Shown: positions 18,910-30,390 of the stretch, piece by piece | Position numbering within the stretch: the stretch's first letter is position 1 | Layout of the letters: each line of letters starts with the position of its first letter | DNA from: an uncultured Bacillota bacterium | Lineage (GTDB): Bacteria; Sysuimicrobiota; Sysuimicrobiia; Sysuimicrobiales; Segetimicrobiaceae | Assembly (NCBI GenBank): GCA_963804645.1 | Contig: CAWDRG010000001.1 | Span: forward strand, 96,001-160,000 | DNA length: 64,000 bases | Direction of reading: 5' to 3' | Notes under the pieces: model-generated | The model's database searches: none | Seen by the model: only the letters and a program-made list of their open reading frames with translations | What the model was told of the DNA's origin: nothing | Translations under genes and position numbers: made by a program

Positions 18910-20199
18910 TTACGAGGTCGCCGCCTGGGTCTTGGGCTCGAGGCGCGAGACGCGGACCTTCACGATGCGCTGGCCGACCGTGCGCTCGACGCGCAGTTCG
19001 ACGCCGTTGACCGTGATGGTCTCGCCCTGCTGCGGCACGCGCCCGAGGTGCTGATAGATCAGTCCGGCCAGCGTGTCGACGTCGACCGCGTCGTCGGGCA
19101 ATGAGAGGTCGAGCGCTTCGTTGACCTCGTGAATGTGGGTCCGGCCGTTGACGACCGCCGTGCGATCGTCGACGATCTGGATCGGCTTCTCCTCGAGGTC
19201 GTGCTCGTCCTGGATCTCGCCGACGATCTCCTCGAGGATGTCTTCCATCGTGACCAGCCCCGCGGTGCCGCCGTACTCGTCCAGCACGATCGCCATCGAG
19301 ACCTTCTTCTGCTGCATCTCCCGGAAGAGCTCGTCGACCTTCTTCGTCTCCGGGACGAAAAACGCCGGGCGCAGGACCTTGAGCACGGGCGTATCGCGCC
19401 GCCCTTCGCGCAGGGCCGGAAGGACATCGCGCACGTACACGACCCCGACGATGTGGTCGACGCTCCCTTCATAGAGGGGCAGCCGCGTATGTCCGTACTC
19501 GATCATGAGTCCGAGCGCCTCGTCGATCGTCGCCGACGACGGCAGCCCGATGATGTCGATGCGCGGCCGCATCACCTCGCGCACGAGCGTGTCCCCCATC
19601 TCGAAGATGGAGTGAATCATCTCGCGCTCTTCCTCTTCGATCACGCCTTCTTCCTCACCGACCTGGACGAGAAAGCGCAGCTGCTCTTCCGTCACGAGCG
19701 GCGGCCGCGTCGTGATCGGCGCGCCGAACGGCCGGATCAACGTGGTCGCGATTAGGGACAGCACACGGATCAGCGGCCCGAGCACCCGCCCGATCGCGCG
19801 GATCGGCTCCGCGACCCGCAGCGCCATGCGATCGGCGCGGCGGGCGGCGAGCGTCTTCGGTGCGATCTCCGAGAAAATCAGCACGACCAGCGTCACGCCG
19901 ACAAACGCCACCCACTCGCCGTGTCCTCGGCCGATCAGCCGAATCGCGATCGACGTCGCGAGCACCGACGCGCCGATATCGGCGATCGTGTTGCCGACGA
20001 GCAGCGTCGTCAACAGTTCCCCGGGGTCTTGAAGCAGTTGGTGCGCCACGCGCGCGCGGCGGTCGCCGTCGTCGCTCAGCCGCCGCAGCGTCAGCCGGTT
20101 GGAGGAGAAGAGCGCGGTTTCCGACGCGCTGAAGAACCCGCCGAGCACGATCAGCGCCGCCAGGACCACAATCCACGGGGCAAGGTCCGACGTGATCAA
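18910..20199 (-). CDS. Hemolysin/CNNM family protein (DUF21-CBS-CorC/HlyC)
   Basis: [14 protein letters not shown], tandem CBS domains and [28 protein letters not shown]. Confidence 0.94.
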   Translation of the reverse strand: MITSDLAPWIVVLAALIVLGGFFSASETALFSSNRLTLRRLSDDGDRRARVAHQLLQDPGELLTTLLVGNTIADIGASVLATSIAIRLIGRGHGEWVAFVGVTLVVLIFSEIAPKTLAARRADRMALRVAEPIRAIGRVLGPLIRVLSLIATTLIRPFGAPITTRPPLVTEEQLRFLVQVGEEEGVIEEEEREMIHSIFEMGDTLVREVMRPRIDIIGLPSSATIDEALGLMIEYGHTRLPLYEGSVDHIVGVVYVRDVLPALREGRRDTPVLKVLRPAFFVPETKKVDELFREMQQKKVSMAIVLDEYGGTAGLVTMEDILEEIVGEIQDEHDLEEKPIQIVDDRTAVVNGRTHIHEVNEALDLSLPDDAVDVDTLAGLIYQHLGRVPQQGETITVNGVELRVERTVGQRIVKVRVSRLEPKTQAATS

Positions 20200-20310
20200 T
20201 CGGGGTCGCCATCCCTTGTCGCGGCGGAACGAGGATCGCGGGCGGTCTCGGTCGTTGCGGTCGTCACGATAGTACTATACCACGCATCGCGTCGGGCTAG
20301 CCGCGCGCGC

Positions 20311-20829
20311 TCAGCGGGCCCGCGCCGCAGCGGCCAGCAGCGCGGCCAGGCAGGCGGCCGCCAGCACGAGCGGCACGGTGCGCGACGCGACGAAAAAATC
20401 GAAGTGCGGGGCGAACACGAATACGGCCACGCACACCGCGAGGACGACGGACACGAGGACCGCGGCGGCCGCGACGTCCTTGACGACCGCCGCGACCGGC
20501 CCCGCGTCCGGATGCACGTAGTCGGTGACGTTCTCCAGCGCCGTGTTCAGCAGTTCCGCGACGAGGACCAGCCCGATCGTCAGCGCGAGCACCGCGAGTT
20601 CCACGCCGCCGAGCCCCGTGAGGCCGCCGGCGATCAGCACCCCCGCGGCGAGCACGAGATGAACCCGCACGTTCCGCTGGGTGCCGACGGCGTAGACCAG
20701 CCCCCGGACCGCGGATCCGAGCGAGGCGGCGAACGAACGGGGACGGCGCGGCCGGGACGGCGTCGCGGGCAGGACGGTGTGCGAGTGGGGCGCCGTGCGC
20801 CCGCTACCGAACGTTCCGGGCCTCCGCAC
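20311..20829 (-). CDS. dgkA: Diacylglycerol/undecaprenol kinase family protein
   Basis: QRNVRVH, AELLNTALE and KDVAAAAVL; start codon uncertain. Confidence 0.82.
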   Translation of the reverse strand: MRRPGTFGSGRTAPHSHTVLPATPSRPRRPRSFAASLGSAVRGLVYAVGTQRNVRVHLVLAAGVLIAGGLTGLGGVELAVLALTIGLVLVAELLNTALENVTDYVHPDAGPVAAVVKDVAAAAVLVSVVLAVCVAVFVFAPHFDFFVASRTVPLVLAAACLAALLAAAARAR

Positions 20830-21259
20830 CGAGGATCTTCTCGAGCAGCGTTTTCTGCTTCGACCACATCGCCGCCGCGCCCGCGTCGGTCTCATCCTCG
20901 TACCCGAGCAGGTGCAGCAGACCGTGCACCGCAAGGACCGCGACCTCGCGCCGCAGCGGATGCTTGAACTGACGCGCCTGTTCACGCGCGCGTTCGACCG
21001 AGATCACGATGTCGCCGAGCGCCGCGTCCGCGAACGCGCCGTCGTCCGGCTCCATCGGAAACGCCAGCACGTCGGTCGGCTGGTCGATGCCGCGGTACTC
21101 GCGGTTCAGCACTTGGATGTAGGCGTTATCCACGAGGGCGACGCTGACGTCGGGGGCATTCCGGCGTCCTTCGAGGCGCAGCACCTCGACGACGATCTCC
21201 CGGATGAAACTCGACTCGATGGAGACCTTGTTTTGCAGGTTCGTGATCCAGACATCCAT
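20804..21259 (-). CDS. ybeY: rRNA maturation endoribonuclease YbeY
   Basis: LNREYRGIDQPTDVLAFP, LGDIVIS and HGLLHLLGY. Confidence 0.95.
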   Translation of the reverse strand: MDVWITNLQNKVSIESSFIREIVVEVLRLEGRRNAPDVSVALVDNAYIQVLNREYRGIDQPTDVLAFPMEPDDGAFADAALGDIVISVERAREQARQFKHPLRREVAVLAVHGLLHLLGYEDETDAGAAAMWSKQKTLLEKILGAEARNVR

Positions 21260-21489
21260 GCGCGCTTCGCCTCGTCCCGGTGTCCGAGCGATCGCGTGCG
21301 TCCGACAACTTCGGACGTGCTCCAGGTCTGGGCGGCGACACGCCCCGCACCGACAATGGGGTTCGTCCTCCCGGCGGCGGACCCCTCTTCCGTCTTCGGA
21401 CGCGGGATCGCGAGGCGCGGATGTCATCGGGACCCACGCGAGCGCACGACGCACCGACCCGGCGCGGTGCCGAACGCACGACGGTCGGC

Positions 21490-22467
21490 TCAGGCCGGCG
21501 CGGCGACCCGCGTGATGCAGCGGAATCCGATGTGGCTCATGCCGGTGTCGATCATCTGCGGCTGGCGTGCCGCCGGGCGGTAGCGCAGGCAGTAGTTCGG
21601 CGCGCACAGATGCGAACCGCCCTTCACGACTTTTCGCGGAATGCGCACCTTCGGCTGCCCGGGATCATAACTCTTCTCGGGCGAGAGGATGCGGGGATTC
21701 ACGGCTGGACCGCAGCAGGCCGCGGTGACCTCGTCGGCATGGCGCTGGACGTACCAGTCGCTGGTCCACTCCCAGACGTTGCCCGCCATGTCGTACAAGC
21801 CGTACCCGTTCGGCGGGAACGATCCGACCGGGCACGCGCCCTCAAACCCGTCGAGCAGCAGGTTCTCCCACGGAAACTCGCCCTGCCACGTGTTGGCCGG
21901 CATCGTGCCGCCCGGGAAGTGCTCGTCACCCCAGGTGAACTCGCACCCGTCCAGGCCGCCGCGCGCGGCGAACTCCCACTCCGCTTCGCTCGGCAGCTCC
22001 ATGCCGGCCCACTGCGCGTACGCCGCCGCATCCTCGTAGGCGAGGTGCACGACCGGGTGCCGCTCCATCCCGGCAAGCGAGCTGCTCGGCCCCCGCGGAT
22101 GGCGCCACGAGGTGCCGGGGATCCAGGCCCACCAGTTGGCGTAGTTCCCGAGGTTGACCGGGCCGAGCGTCCGCTGAAACACCAACGCCCCCGGCACCAG
22201 ATTCTCGGGCGGCGCGCCCGGGTAATCCTCGGGGTTCAGCGGCCGCTCGGCGACCGTGAGGTAGCCGGTCGCCTCGACGAACCGCGTGAACATCTCATTG
22301 GTCACGGCGTAGCGGTCCATCCAGAAGCCGGCGACCGTCACCTCGTGCACCGGCCGCTCCTCGGGATAAAACCGCTCCGAGCCCATGCGGAACGTGCCGC
22401 CCGGAATCCACAGCATGTCCGCGGCCGGCTCGCCGGCGCGGATCTCGGACTCCGTCATCTCGTCCAC
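21490..22467 (-). CDS. Formylglycine-generating enzyme (FGE/SUMF1 family)
   Basis: LPSEAEWEFAARGG, NGYGLYDMAGNVWEW and KGGSHLCAPNYCLRYRPAAR with both catalytic Cys. Confidence 0.92.
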   Translation of the reverse strand: MDEMTESEIRAGEPAADMLWIPGGTFRMGSERFYPEERPVHEVTVAGFWMDRYAVTNEMFTRFVEATGYLTVAERPLNPEDYPGAPPENLVPGALVFQRTLGPVNLGNYANWWAWIPGTSWRHPRGPSSSLAGMERHPVVHLAYEDAAAYAQWAGMELPSEAEWEFAARGGLDGCEFTWGDEHFPGGTMPANTWQGEFPWENLLLDGFEGACPVGSFPPNGYGLYDMAGNVWEWTSDWYVQRHADEVTAACCGPAVNPRILSPEKSYDPGQPKVRIPRKVVKGGSHLCAPNYCLRYRPAARQPQMIDTGMSHIGFRCITRVAAPA

Positions 22468-22479
22468 CCTCCCCTCGCG

Positions 22480-22995
22480 CTACGGCGCGCGCCCTTCCAT
22501 CAAATTGCGCAGCCGACCGAGCACGCGATCGCGCACGGCGCGCCGCCGCGGCACGACGAGGATGGTATCGTCCCCGGCGACCGTGCCGACGACATCGTCC
22601 CACTGCATCTCGTCGATCGCGGCCGCCACCGCGTTCGCCCGGCCGGTGAGCGTGTGGATCACGACGAGCTCCTCCCCCGTGTCCGCCGAGAGCACGTACT
22701 CCGTGGTGGCGTGCTGGAGGCGCCGCAGCACGTCGACCGGCGACGGCTTCTCGGGCGCCACGTAGTGCGACCGCCCGTCCGTCCACGGCACCTTAACCAG
22801 GCCCATACGCTTGATGTCGCGCGACACGGTCGCCTGCGTGACGGCGAGCCCCTGCTCCCGCAGCCGCTCGACCAGATCTTCTTGGGTCTCGACGGGATGG
22901 TGCGCGAGGATCTCCCGAATCCGGCGCTCGCGATCCGCGCGGGTCGACTCGCGTCCCGGAAGCGCGGCGGGCAGGCGCCGCGCGTCGTCGCTCAC
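22480..22995 (-). CDS. argR: Arginine repressor
   Basis: TQATVSRDIK and GTVAGDDTIL. Confidence 0.95.
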   Translation of the reverse strand: MSDDARRLPAALPGRESTRADRERRIREILAHHPVETQEDLVERLREQGLAVTQATVSRDIKRMGLVKVPWTDGRSHYVAPEKPSPVDVLRRLQHATTEYVLSADTGEELVVIHTLTGRANAVAAAIDEMQWDDVVGTVAGDDTILVVPRRRAVRDRVLGRLRNLMEGRAP

Positions 22996-22999
22996 CGAG

Positions 23000-24505
23000 T
23001 CACCGTGGGGCCCCGGGCGCATGCCTCGGCGCCGCGGACGCATTCGCGTCCCGCTCGACCGGGACGGCGGGGAGGGCGGCGAGCCAGGACAGGTGCTCCG
23101 CGATCGCCGCGCGCGCGGTCGCCAGCTGCTCGCGAACGCGCTCGGGGGCGGTCCCGCCGGCCGACCGCTTGCCCGCGACGGCGCCGGCCGGGGTCGTCGC
23201 CTCGAGCGCCGCCGCGTCCAGCAGCGGGGAGAACCGCTGCACCTCGTCGGGCGTGAGCTCCCACAGTTCGCGGCCGTGCTCCTGCGCGTACAGCACGATG
23301 CGGCCGACGAGCTCGTGCGCCTCGCGAAACGGCATGCCGCGCCGGGCGAGCGCGTCGGCCAGTTCGGTCGCGCCCATCAAGCCCCCGCGCAGGTGCGACG
23401 CGATGCGCTCCGTGTTGAGCCGCAGGCCGTCGAGCACGAGCCCCATCGCCTGCAGGCTCGCGTGGGCGGTGTCGACGGCGTCGAACACCGCCTCCTTGTC
23501 CTCCTGCATGTCGCTGTTGTAGGCGAGCGGCAGCCCGCGCAGCATCCCCAACAGGGTGACGAGATCGCCGACCACCCGGGAGGCCTTGCCGCGAATCAAC
23601 TCGGCCGCGTCCGGGTTCTTCTTCTGCGGCATGATGGAGCTGCCGCTGCTGATCGTGTCCGACAGTTCGACGAACCCAAACTCCGCGGTGGCCCAGAGCA
23701 CGATCTCGCCCCCAAGCCGCGACAGGTGGACCATGAGGAGCGCGGCGGCGGCGGTCGTCTCGACGGCGAAGTCGCGGTCGGCCGTGGCGTCCAGGCTGTT
23801 CTCGGCCACGCGCGCGAACCCCAGGAGCGACGCCACGAGCGCGCTGTCGATCGGGTACGAGGTGCCCGCGAGGGCGGCGGCGCCGAGGGGCAGCACGTCG
23901 GCGCGGGCAAACGCGTCGCGAAACCGGCCGACGTCCCGCGCCAGCATCCACAGATACGCGAGCAGGTGGTGCGCGAGCAGCACGGGCTGCGCGCGCTGCA
24001 GGTGCGTGTAGCCCGGGATGATCACCGACGGGTGCGTTTCGGCGAGCGCGAGCAGCACCTGCTCGAGGGCCACGGTCCGTCCCACGATCTTGACGATCTC
24101 GCCCTTCAAATAGTAGCGCAGGTCGGTCGCGACCTGATCGTTGCGGGACCGGGCGGTGTGCAGCCGGCCGGCGGGCTCCCCGATGCGGGCGCGCAGGGCG
24201 GCCTCGACGAACGTGTGGATGTCCTCCGCGCCGGCGATCCGGAGCACCCCGGCGTCGATCTCCGCGAGAATCTCCCGGAGCCCGCGGACCATCTCCACGG
24301 CCTCGGCGGCCGGCACGATCCCGCACCGTCCGAGCATCGTGGCGTGCGCGATGCTGCCCAGGATGTCCGCGCGGTACAGCCGGCGGTCGAACGGCAGCGA
24401 CGTGGTGAACGCCGCGATCGTCGGATCGAGATCGCCGCGAAACCGCCCGCCCCACAGCCGCGCCGCGGCCGGCTCGTCCGGGCGCCCGCGCTTCGCCTCC
24501 GTCAC
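23000..24505 (-). CDS. argH: Argininosuccinate lyase
   Basis: LWGGRF, HTARSRNDQ, PGYTHLQ and GSSIMPQKKNPD. Confidence 0.97.
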   Translation of the reverse strand: MTEAKRGRPDEPAAARLWGGRFRGDLDPTIAAFTTSLPFDRRLYRADILGSIAHATMLGRCGIVPAAEAVEMVRGLREILAEIDAGVLRIAGAEDIHTFVEAALRARIGEPAGRLHTARSRNDQVATDLRYYLKGEIVKIVGRTVALEQVLLALAETHPSVIIPGYTHLQRAQPVLLAHHLLAYLWMLARDVGRFRDAFARADVLPLGAAALAGTSYPIDSALVASLLGFARVAENSLDATADRDFAVETTAAAALLMVHLSRLGGEIVLWATAEFGFVELSDTISSGSSIMPQKKNPDAAELIRGKASRVVGDLVTLLGMLRGLPLAYNSDMQEDKEAVFDAVDTAHASLQAMGLVLDGLRLNTERIASHLRGGLMGATELADALARRGMPFREAHELVGRIVLYAQEHGRELWELTPDEVQRFSPLLDAAALEATTPAGAVAGKRSAGGTAPERVREQLATARAAIAEHLSWLAALPAVPVERDANASAAPRHAPGAPR

Positions 24506-24514
24506 GGTCGCGCC

Positions 24515-25785
24515 CTAGCCGCGCGGGGCGCGCGGGCCGACCGGCGCCTGCACCGGCAGGGGCGACGCGTCGCGCGTCAGTTCCGGGTTCACGGCGGCAA
24601 ACACCTTCGTCGGCAGGCCGAACAGCCGGATGAACGCCTCGGAATCCTTGTGGTCGTAGCCCTCGCCGCGCCCAAACGTCGCGAGCCCGGTGTCATACAG
24701 CGACCGGTCGCTCCGGCGGCCGACGACGGTGCACACCCCTTGAACAGCCGCACGCGCACGGCGCCCGTCACCGTCTCCTGCGTGACGGACACGAACGCGT
24801 CGATCGCACGGCGCAGCGGCGAGTACCAGACCCCGTTGTACACGAGCTCGGCGTACCGGACGGCCAGCAGCGCCTTGTAGTGCTGCGTGTCGCGGTCGAG
24901 CGTCAGCGTCTGCAGGTGGTGATGCGCATCCATCAGGACGGTGCCGCCCGGGGTTTCGTACACGCCGCGGCTCTTCATCCCGACGAGGCGGTTCTCGACG
25001 ATATCGACGCGGCCGACCCCGTGCGCGCCGGCGCGGCGGTTCAGCGTTTCCACGAGGGCCACGGGATCGAGGGCGCGCCCGTCGAGCGAGACCGGGACGC
25101 CGCGCTCGAAGCCGAGCTCGAGATACTCGGGCGTGTCGGGCGCCGCCGCGGGGTCCACCGTCAACCGAAACATGTCCGCGGGGGGCTCGGCCCACGGGTC
25201 CTCGAGGATCCCGCTCTCGAAGCTGAGGTGCCAGAGGTTCTGGTCCATGGAATACGGCTTCTCCCGGGTCACCGGCACGGGCACGCCGTGCGCGCGCGCG
25301 TAGTCGATCTCCTCCTCGCGCGACCCGAGCGACCACTCGCGCCACGGCGCGATCACCGCGAGCTGCGGGGCGAGGGCCTGGTAGGCGAGCTCGAACCGCA
25401 CCTGGTCGTTGCCCTTCCCGGTGCAGCCGTGGGCCAGCGCGTCGCAGCCCTCGGCGAGGGCGACCTCCACCTGCACCCGCGCGATCAGCGGGCGCGCGAG
25501 CGCGGTGCCGAGCAGGTAGCGTCCTTCGTAGATCGCGTCCGCCCGCAGCGCGGGATAGAGATACTCCGTGACGAACAGACGGCGGACGTCGACGACGTGC
25601 ACCGCGTCGGCGCCGCTTGCGCGGGCCTTGGCCCGCACCTCGTCAAAATCGTCTCCCTGGCCGACGTCAGCCACGACGGCGACCACGCGCGAGCCGGGGT
25701 ACCGCTCCTTGAGCCACGGGATGATCACGGAGGTGTCGAGCCCTCCGCTGTAGGCCAGGGCAATGTTGCGGGGCTGCTGGGGCAT
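24515..25785 (-). CDS. argG: Argininosuccinate synthase (1-nt deletion at the C4 run 24736-24739, probably assembly error)
   Basis: [23 protein letters not shown] and [16 protein letters not shown]; the C-terminus ([10 protein letters not shown]...FIRLFGL) continues in another frame. Confidence 0.93.
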
Positions 25786-25795
25786 CGCGCTCACC

Positions 25796-27031
25796 TCACC
25801 GTCCCGCCGTCTTCGCGGCGGCCTTCGCGGGCGCCTCCGCCAGCACGGTCCCGAGGATCGCGACGGCCTCGTCGACATCGGCGCGGCTGGCGATCAGCGG
25901 CGGCACCAGCCGGATCGCGGTCGGGCGGACGTTGTTCACGAGCAGCCCGTGAGCCAGGCACGACGCCGTCACCGCGTCCGACGGCACCGACAGTTCCACG
26001 GCCAACATCAGCCCGCGCCCGCGGACCTCGGTGATCGCCGGCGTGGTCTTGGCGAGCGCGCGCAGCCGGTCGGCGAGGTACGCCCCGGTGGCCGCCGCGT
26101 TCTCGACGAGGTGTTCGTCTTGGATCACCTTCACCACGGCCGTCGCGGCCGCGCACGCGAGCGGGTTGCCGCCGAACGTGGTGCCGTGGGTCCCGGGCTG
26201 GAACACGGCGGCGATGTGCTTGCGGGCGACGATGGCACCGATCGGGAACCCGCCCCCGAGGCCCTTCGCGAGGGTGACCACGTCGGGGGTGATGCCGGCG
26301 TGCTGATACGCGAACCACTTCCCGGTCCGTCCGAACCCGCATTGAATCTCATCGAGCACGAGCAGCAGCTTCCGCTCGTCACACAGGCGGCGGAGGCCGC
26401 GCAGATACTCGTCGCTCGCCGGGTGAATCCCGCCCTCACCCTGCACGGTTTCGATCATGATCGCCGCCGTCCGGGGCGTCAGCGCGCGCTCCACGGCCCC
26501 GAAATCGTTGAACGGCACCTCGATGAAGCCGGGCACCAGCGGCTCGAACCCCTCGTGGTACTTGGGATTCGTGGTCGCGGAGAGCGCCCCCATCGTGCGG
26601 CCGTGGAAGCTGTGGCTGGCGACGATGATCTCGTAGACGTCCTCATGACGGAGCGCGCGCCCCGCCTTGCGCGCGAGCTTGATCGCCGCCTCGCACGCCT
26701 CGGCGCCGCTGTTCATGAACATCGCGCGGCCGTCCGGGATGCCGGTGACCTCGACCAGGAGGCGTCCGAGCTCCGCCTGCTCTGGGATCTGGAACAGGTT
26801 CGAGACGTGGATGATCCGCGCAGCCTGCTCCTGGATCGCCCGGACGTGCGCGGGGTGGCAGTGCCCGAGGACATCGACGGCGATCCCGGCGAGGAAATCC
26901 AGGTAGGACTTTCCCTCCAAGTCCCAGAGACGCATCCCGCGGCCTTCCCGGAACGCCACCGGGGCCCGCCGGTAGTTCTCCATCAAGTACTGCTCGCTCA
27001 ATGCCACGACCTCACGTGTGGTCACGCTCAC
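25796..27031 (-). CDS. argD: Acetylornithine aminotransferase
   Basis: [36 protein letters not shown] and HGTTFGGNP. Confidence 0.95.
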   Translation of the reverse strand: MSVTTREVVALSEQYLMENYRRAPVAFREGRGMRLWDLEGKSYLDFLAGIAVDVLGHCHPAHVRAIQEQAARIIHVSNLFQIPEQAELGRLLVEVTGIPDGRAMFMNSGAEACEAAIKLARKAGRALRHEDVYEIIVASHSFHGRTMGALSATTNPKYHEGFEPLVPGFIEVPFNDFGAVERALTPRTAAIMIETVQGEGGIHPASDEYLRGLRRLCDERKLLLVLDEIQCGFGRTGKWFAYQHAGITPDVVTLAKGLGGGFPIGAIVARKHIAAVFQPGTHGTTFGGNPLACAAATAVVKVIQDEHLVENAAATGAYLADRLRALAKTTPAITEVRGRGLMLAVELSVPSDAVTASCLAHGLLVNNVRPTAIRLVPPLIASRADVDEAVAILGTVLAEAPAKAAAKTAGR

Positions 27032-27079
27032 GTTCCACCCCCACCCCAGAATCTCGCCGTGCCTCGCCACGGACACGCA

Positions 27080-27954
27080 TCACGGCACCAGCATCGTGCC
27101 GACCCCGCGCTCGGTGAATAACTCGACGAGCAGCCCGCGCGCCACCGTGCCGTCGATGATGTGGGCGCTCGGCACCCCGCCGGCGATCGCCGAGAGACAC
27201 GCCTCCACCTTCGGGATCATGCCGCGGCTGATCGACCCATCCCGGATCATCGCCCGCGCCTCGTCCGCGCGCAGCTCGGAGATCAGCGCGCGGTCCCCGT
27301 GATAGTCGCGGTATACCCCCGCCACGTCGGTCAGCAGAATGAACTTGCTGGCCCCGAGCGCGACCGCGAGCGCGCCGGCCGCGGTGTCGGCGTTCAGATT
27401 GTAGCCCGTCCCGTCCTCACCGATCCCGAGCGACGCGACGACCGGAATGTACCCGTCGGCGCTGAGGCGCTGCAGCAGCTCGGGGTGCACGGCCTCGACT
27501 TCCCCGACCTGGCCGAGATCCACGTCGCCCCGGTACTTGCGGGCGACGAGCGTCCGGCCGTCCACGCCGCTGATCCCGACGGCCTGCCCCCCGCCTGGAG
27601 AATCGAGCCGACGAGGGCCTTGTTGGCCCGGCCGCCGAGGACCATCTCGACGACCTCCATCGTCTCGGGATCGGTGACCCGCAGGCCCTTGACGAAGGTC
27701 GAGGCCTTCCCCATCCGCTCGAGCACGCGCGTGATCTCCGGCCCGCCCCCGTGCACGAGCACCGGGTGCACGCCGGCGCCCTTCAACAGCACGAGGTCCT
27801 GCGCGAGCGTGCCGCCCTGGTTCATCTCGAGCACGCTGCCGCCGAACTTGACGACCGCGGTCTTCCCCTTCCACGCGTTGACGTACCCCAGCCCCCGCGC
27901 AATCACATCGCCCTGGGCCTCGACCGCCGCGAGGTTAGGAGATATATCCGGCAT
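27080..27954 (-). CDS. argB: Acetylglutamate kinase (1-nt deletion at the C6 run 27587-27592, probably assembly error)
   Basis: VVKFGG, VHGGGPEI and GLRVTD in one frame; AVGISGVDG, NLNAD and GMIPKV in the next. Confidence 0.93.
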
Positions 27955-29152
27955 TTTCCTTCACGTAGTTCTCCGTCAGATCGCAGGTCCACACCGTCGC
28001 CGTCCCCTTGCCGAGCCCGAGGTCGACGACGATCTGCACATCATCCCGGGCAAGATAGCGCACCACCTCGTCGAGGGTGGAGCGGTCGCCGACCGCTCCG
28101 CCCCGCTCCGCGACCAGCACCGGCCCGATGCGCACCATCGCGCGGTCCGGCTGCATCTCCGCGCCGGAGTACCCGACCGCGGCCAAGATCCGTCCCCAGT
28201 TCGGGGAGCGCCCGTAGATCGCGGTCTTGACGAGCGCGGACTGCGCGACCGCCATCGCCGCGCGGGCCGCATCCTCGTCGCTCTGCGCGCCTCGGACGAG
28301 AATCTCGATCAGCTTCGTGGCACCCTCGCCGTCACGCACGATCATCTTCGCCAGCGCCACCGAGACCGCGGTGAGCCCGGCCTGAAACGCGTCGAGCGCC
28401 TCCCCGGGCCCGGTGATCTCCGGGGCCCCCGCCTCACCGTTCGCGAAGAGCAGCATCGTATCGTTGGTGCTCCGGTCGCCGTCGACGGTGATGCGATGAT
28501 ACGACAGGTCCGCCGCCCGCCGCAGCGCCGCCTGCAGCACCGGGGCCGCGACCGTGGCGTCAGTCGTCAGCACGGCGAGCGTCGTGGCCATCTGGGGATG
28601 GATCATCGCGGCCCCTTTCGTCATGCCGCCGATCGTCACGACCTGGCCGCCGACCTCGATCTGCACCGCCGCGGTCTTCGGCACCGTGTCGGTCGTCATG
28701 ATCGCCTCGGCCGCCGCGGCGCCGTCCGGCCCGAGGGCCTTGACCGCCTCCGGGATGCCCCGGCGCAGCGCGTCCATCGGCAGCGGGTGCCCGATCACAC
28801 CGGTGCTGCACACATAGACGAGTTCCTCGGAGATCTCCAGCCCCTGCGCCGCGAGCAGCGCCATCTCGCGCGCGTCGCGCAGCCCCTGCTCACCGGTGCA
28901 CGCGTTGGCGTTGCCGGCGTTCAGCACGACGGCCTGCCCCCGCCCCGACCGGATGCGCTCCATGTCCACGAGCACGGGAGCGGCCTTGACCTTGTTGGTG
29001 GTAAACACCCCCGCCGCCGCCGCCGGCACGCGTGAGAATACAAGCGCGATGTCCTTCTTCTGCGGCTTCACGCCGCCGTGGACACCGGCGGCCAGAAACC
29101 CCTGCGCCGAGGTCACGCCGCCGACGATCAGCTTCGTCACCGGATCCGCCAT
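27935..29152 (-). CDS. argJ: Ornithine acetyltransferase / N-acetylglutamate synthase
   Basis: GNANACTG, STGVIG, KGAAMIHPQMATTL, DGEGATK and NWGRI. Confidence 0.97.
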   Translation of the reverse strand: MADPVTKLIVGGVTSAQGFLAAGVHGGVKPQKKDIALVFSRVPAAAAGVFTTNKVKAAPVLVDMERIRSGRGQAVVLNAGNANACTGEQGLRDAREMALLAAQGLEISEELVYVCSTGVIGHPLPMDALRRGIPEAVKALGPDGAAAAEAIMTTDTVPKTAAVQIEVGGQVVTIGGMTKGAAMIHPQMATTLAVLTTDATVAAPVLQAALRRAADLSYHRITVDGDRSTNDTMLLFANGEAGAPEITGPGEALDAFQAGLTAVSVALAKMIVRDGEGATKLIEILVRGAQSDEDAARAAMAVAQSALVKTAIYGRSPNWGRILAAVGYSGAEMQPDRAMVRIGPVLVAERGGAVGDRSTLDEVVRYLARDDVQIVVDLGLGKGTATVWTCDLTENYVKENAGYIS

Positions 29153-29171
29153 CAGGTCCCCCCTCGGTCCG

Positions 29172-30218
29172 CTACGGATACAACCCGGGCGTCCGCAGCC
29201 CGAGCGTCTCCTCCCACCCGCACATCACGTTCAAGTTCTGGACCGCCTGCCCGGCCGCGCCCTTCCCGAGATTGTCGAGCGCGGCGATCGCGATCGCGGT
29301 ACCGGTGCGCGCGTTCACACGCACCGCGACGTCGCAGTAGTTGCTGCCCATCGTGGCCTTCGTATGCGGCAGGGCACCCGCGGGCAGGACCCGCACGAAC
29401 GGCGCCCCCGCGTACGCCTCGGCGTACAGCGAGGCCGCCGCGGCCGGGTCGAGCGAGCGTGCGAGCCGCGCGTATCCCGTCACCAGGATCCCGCGGGTCA
29501 TCGGCACCAGGTGCGGCACGAACGTCACGCGCACGTCGCCGCCCGCCAGCGCCGACAGTTCCTGCTCGATCTCGGCGGTGTGGTTGTGGCTCGGCACGCT
29601 GTACGCGTGCACGTCCTCGTTGGTCTCGGAGTACCCGAACCCCCCGCTCGCCCCGCCGCGACCGGCCCCGGACACCCCTGACTTCGCATCGATGATGATG
29701 CCCTCCCGCGCGACGGCGCCCGCCCGGAGGAGCGGCGCCAGGGCGAGCAGCGCCGCCGCCGGATAGCAGCCGGGGTCGGCGACGAGGCGGGCGCCGCGGA
29801 TTTCGCCGCGGTGCCACTCGGTCAGTCCATACGCCGCCTCGGCCAGATAGCGCGGCGCGCCGTGCTCGAACTTGTACCACACCGGGTACAGCGAGGCATC
29901 CCGCAGGCGAAAGTCGGCTCCGACGTCGATGACGCGCGCCCCCCGCTCAAGCAGCTCCGGCACGAACGCCGCGGACTTGCCGCTCGGAAGGGAGACGATC
30001 ACGACCTCGGAGTCCTTCCCGATCACTCCCGCGTCGGCCGCCTCCGTCTCGAGATCGACGAACCCGCGGAGGTTCGGGTAGAGATCGGCGAGGGCCTGCC
30101 CGCGCTGGGTGTCCGCGGTCACGTGGACCAGCCGCACCTCGGGATGGGTGGCGAGCAGCCGCACCGCCTCCGCGCCGCCGTACCCCGATGCTCCGATCAC
30201 GCTGACCCGAACCGCCAT
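29172..30218 (-). CDS. argC: N-acetyl-gamma-glutamyl-phosphate reductase
   Basis: GASGYGG, PGCYP, KSGVSGAGR and DNLGKGAAGQAVQN. Confidence 0.97.
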   Translation of the reverse strand: MAVRVSVIGASGYGGAEAVRLLATHPEVRLVHVTADTQRGQALADLYPNLRGFVDLETEAADAGVIGKDSEVVIVSLPSGKSAAFVPELLERGARVIDVGADFRLRDASLYPVWYKFEHGAPRYLAEAAYGLTEWHRGEIRGARLVADPGCYPAAALLALAPLLRAGAVAREGIIIDAKSGVSGAGRGGASGGFGYSETNEDVHAYSVPSHNHTAEIEQELSALAGGDVRVTFVPHLVPMTRGILVTGYARLARSLDPAAAASLYAEAYAGAPFVRVLPAGALPHTKATMGSNYCDVAVRVNARTGTAIAIAALDNLGKGAAGQAVQNLNVMCGWEETLGLRTPGLYP

Positions 30219-30235
30219 GCCCGCCTCCCTCGCCG

Positions 30236-30273
30236 TGCGAATAATTATACCCAGTGTTGAATAAAGTTGCAAA
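30236..30273 (-). promoter_or_regulatory. argC promoter overlapped by tandem ARG boxes
   Basis: Minus strand TTGCAA (30272-30267)-N17-TATAAT (30249-30244); ARG-box-like CGAATAATTATACC and TGAATAAAGTTGCA, 20 bp apart. Confidence 0.85.
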
Positions 30274-30390
30274 TCCTCAGACACCCGGGCACGGGGCCGC
30301 GCGGCGCCCCCGGCACGACGCGTGCTATGATCGACGCAGCATGGGGCGCACGAACGCAGTCCTCGACCGGACGCCCGCGGCCCGGGCGGC

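Noticed and set aside
24515..27954. argG and argB as pseudogenes or programmed frameshifts
   Set aside because: Single deletions in homopolymers, no other decay and no slippery heptamer with stimulatory structure; assembly error is more likely
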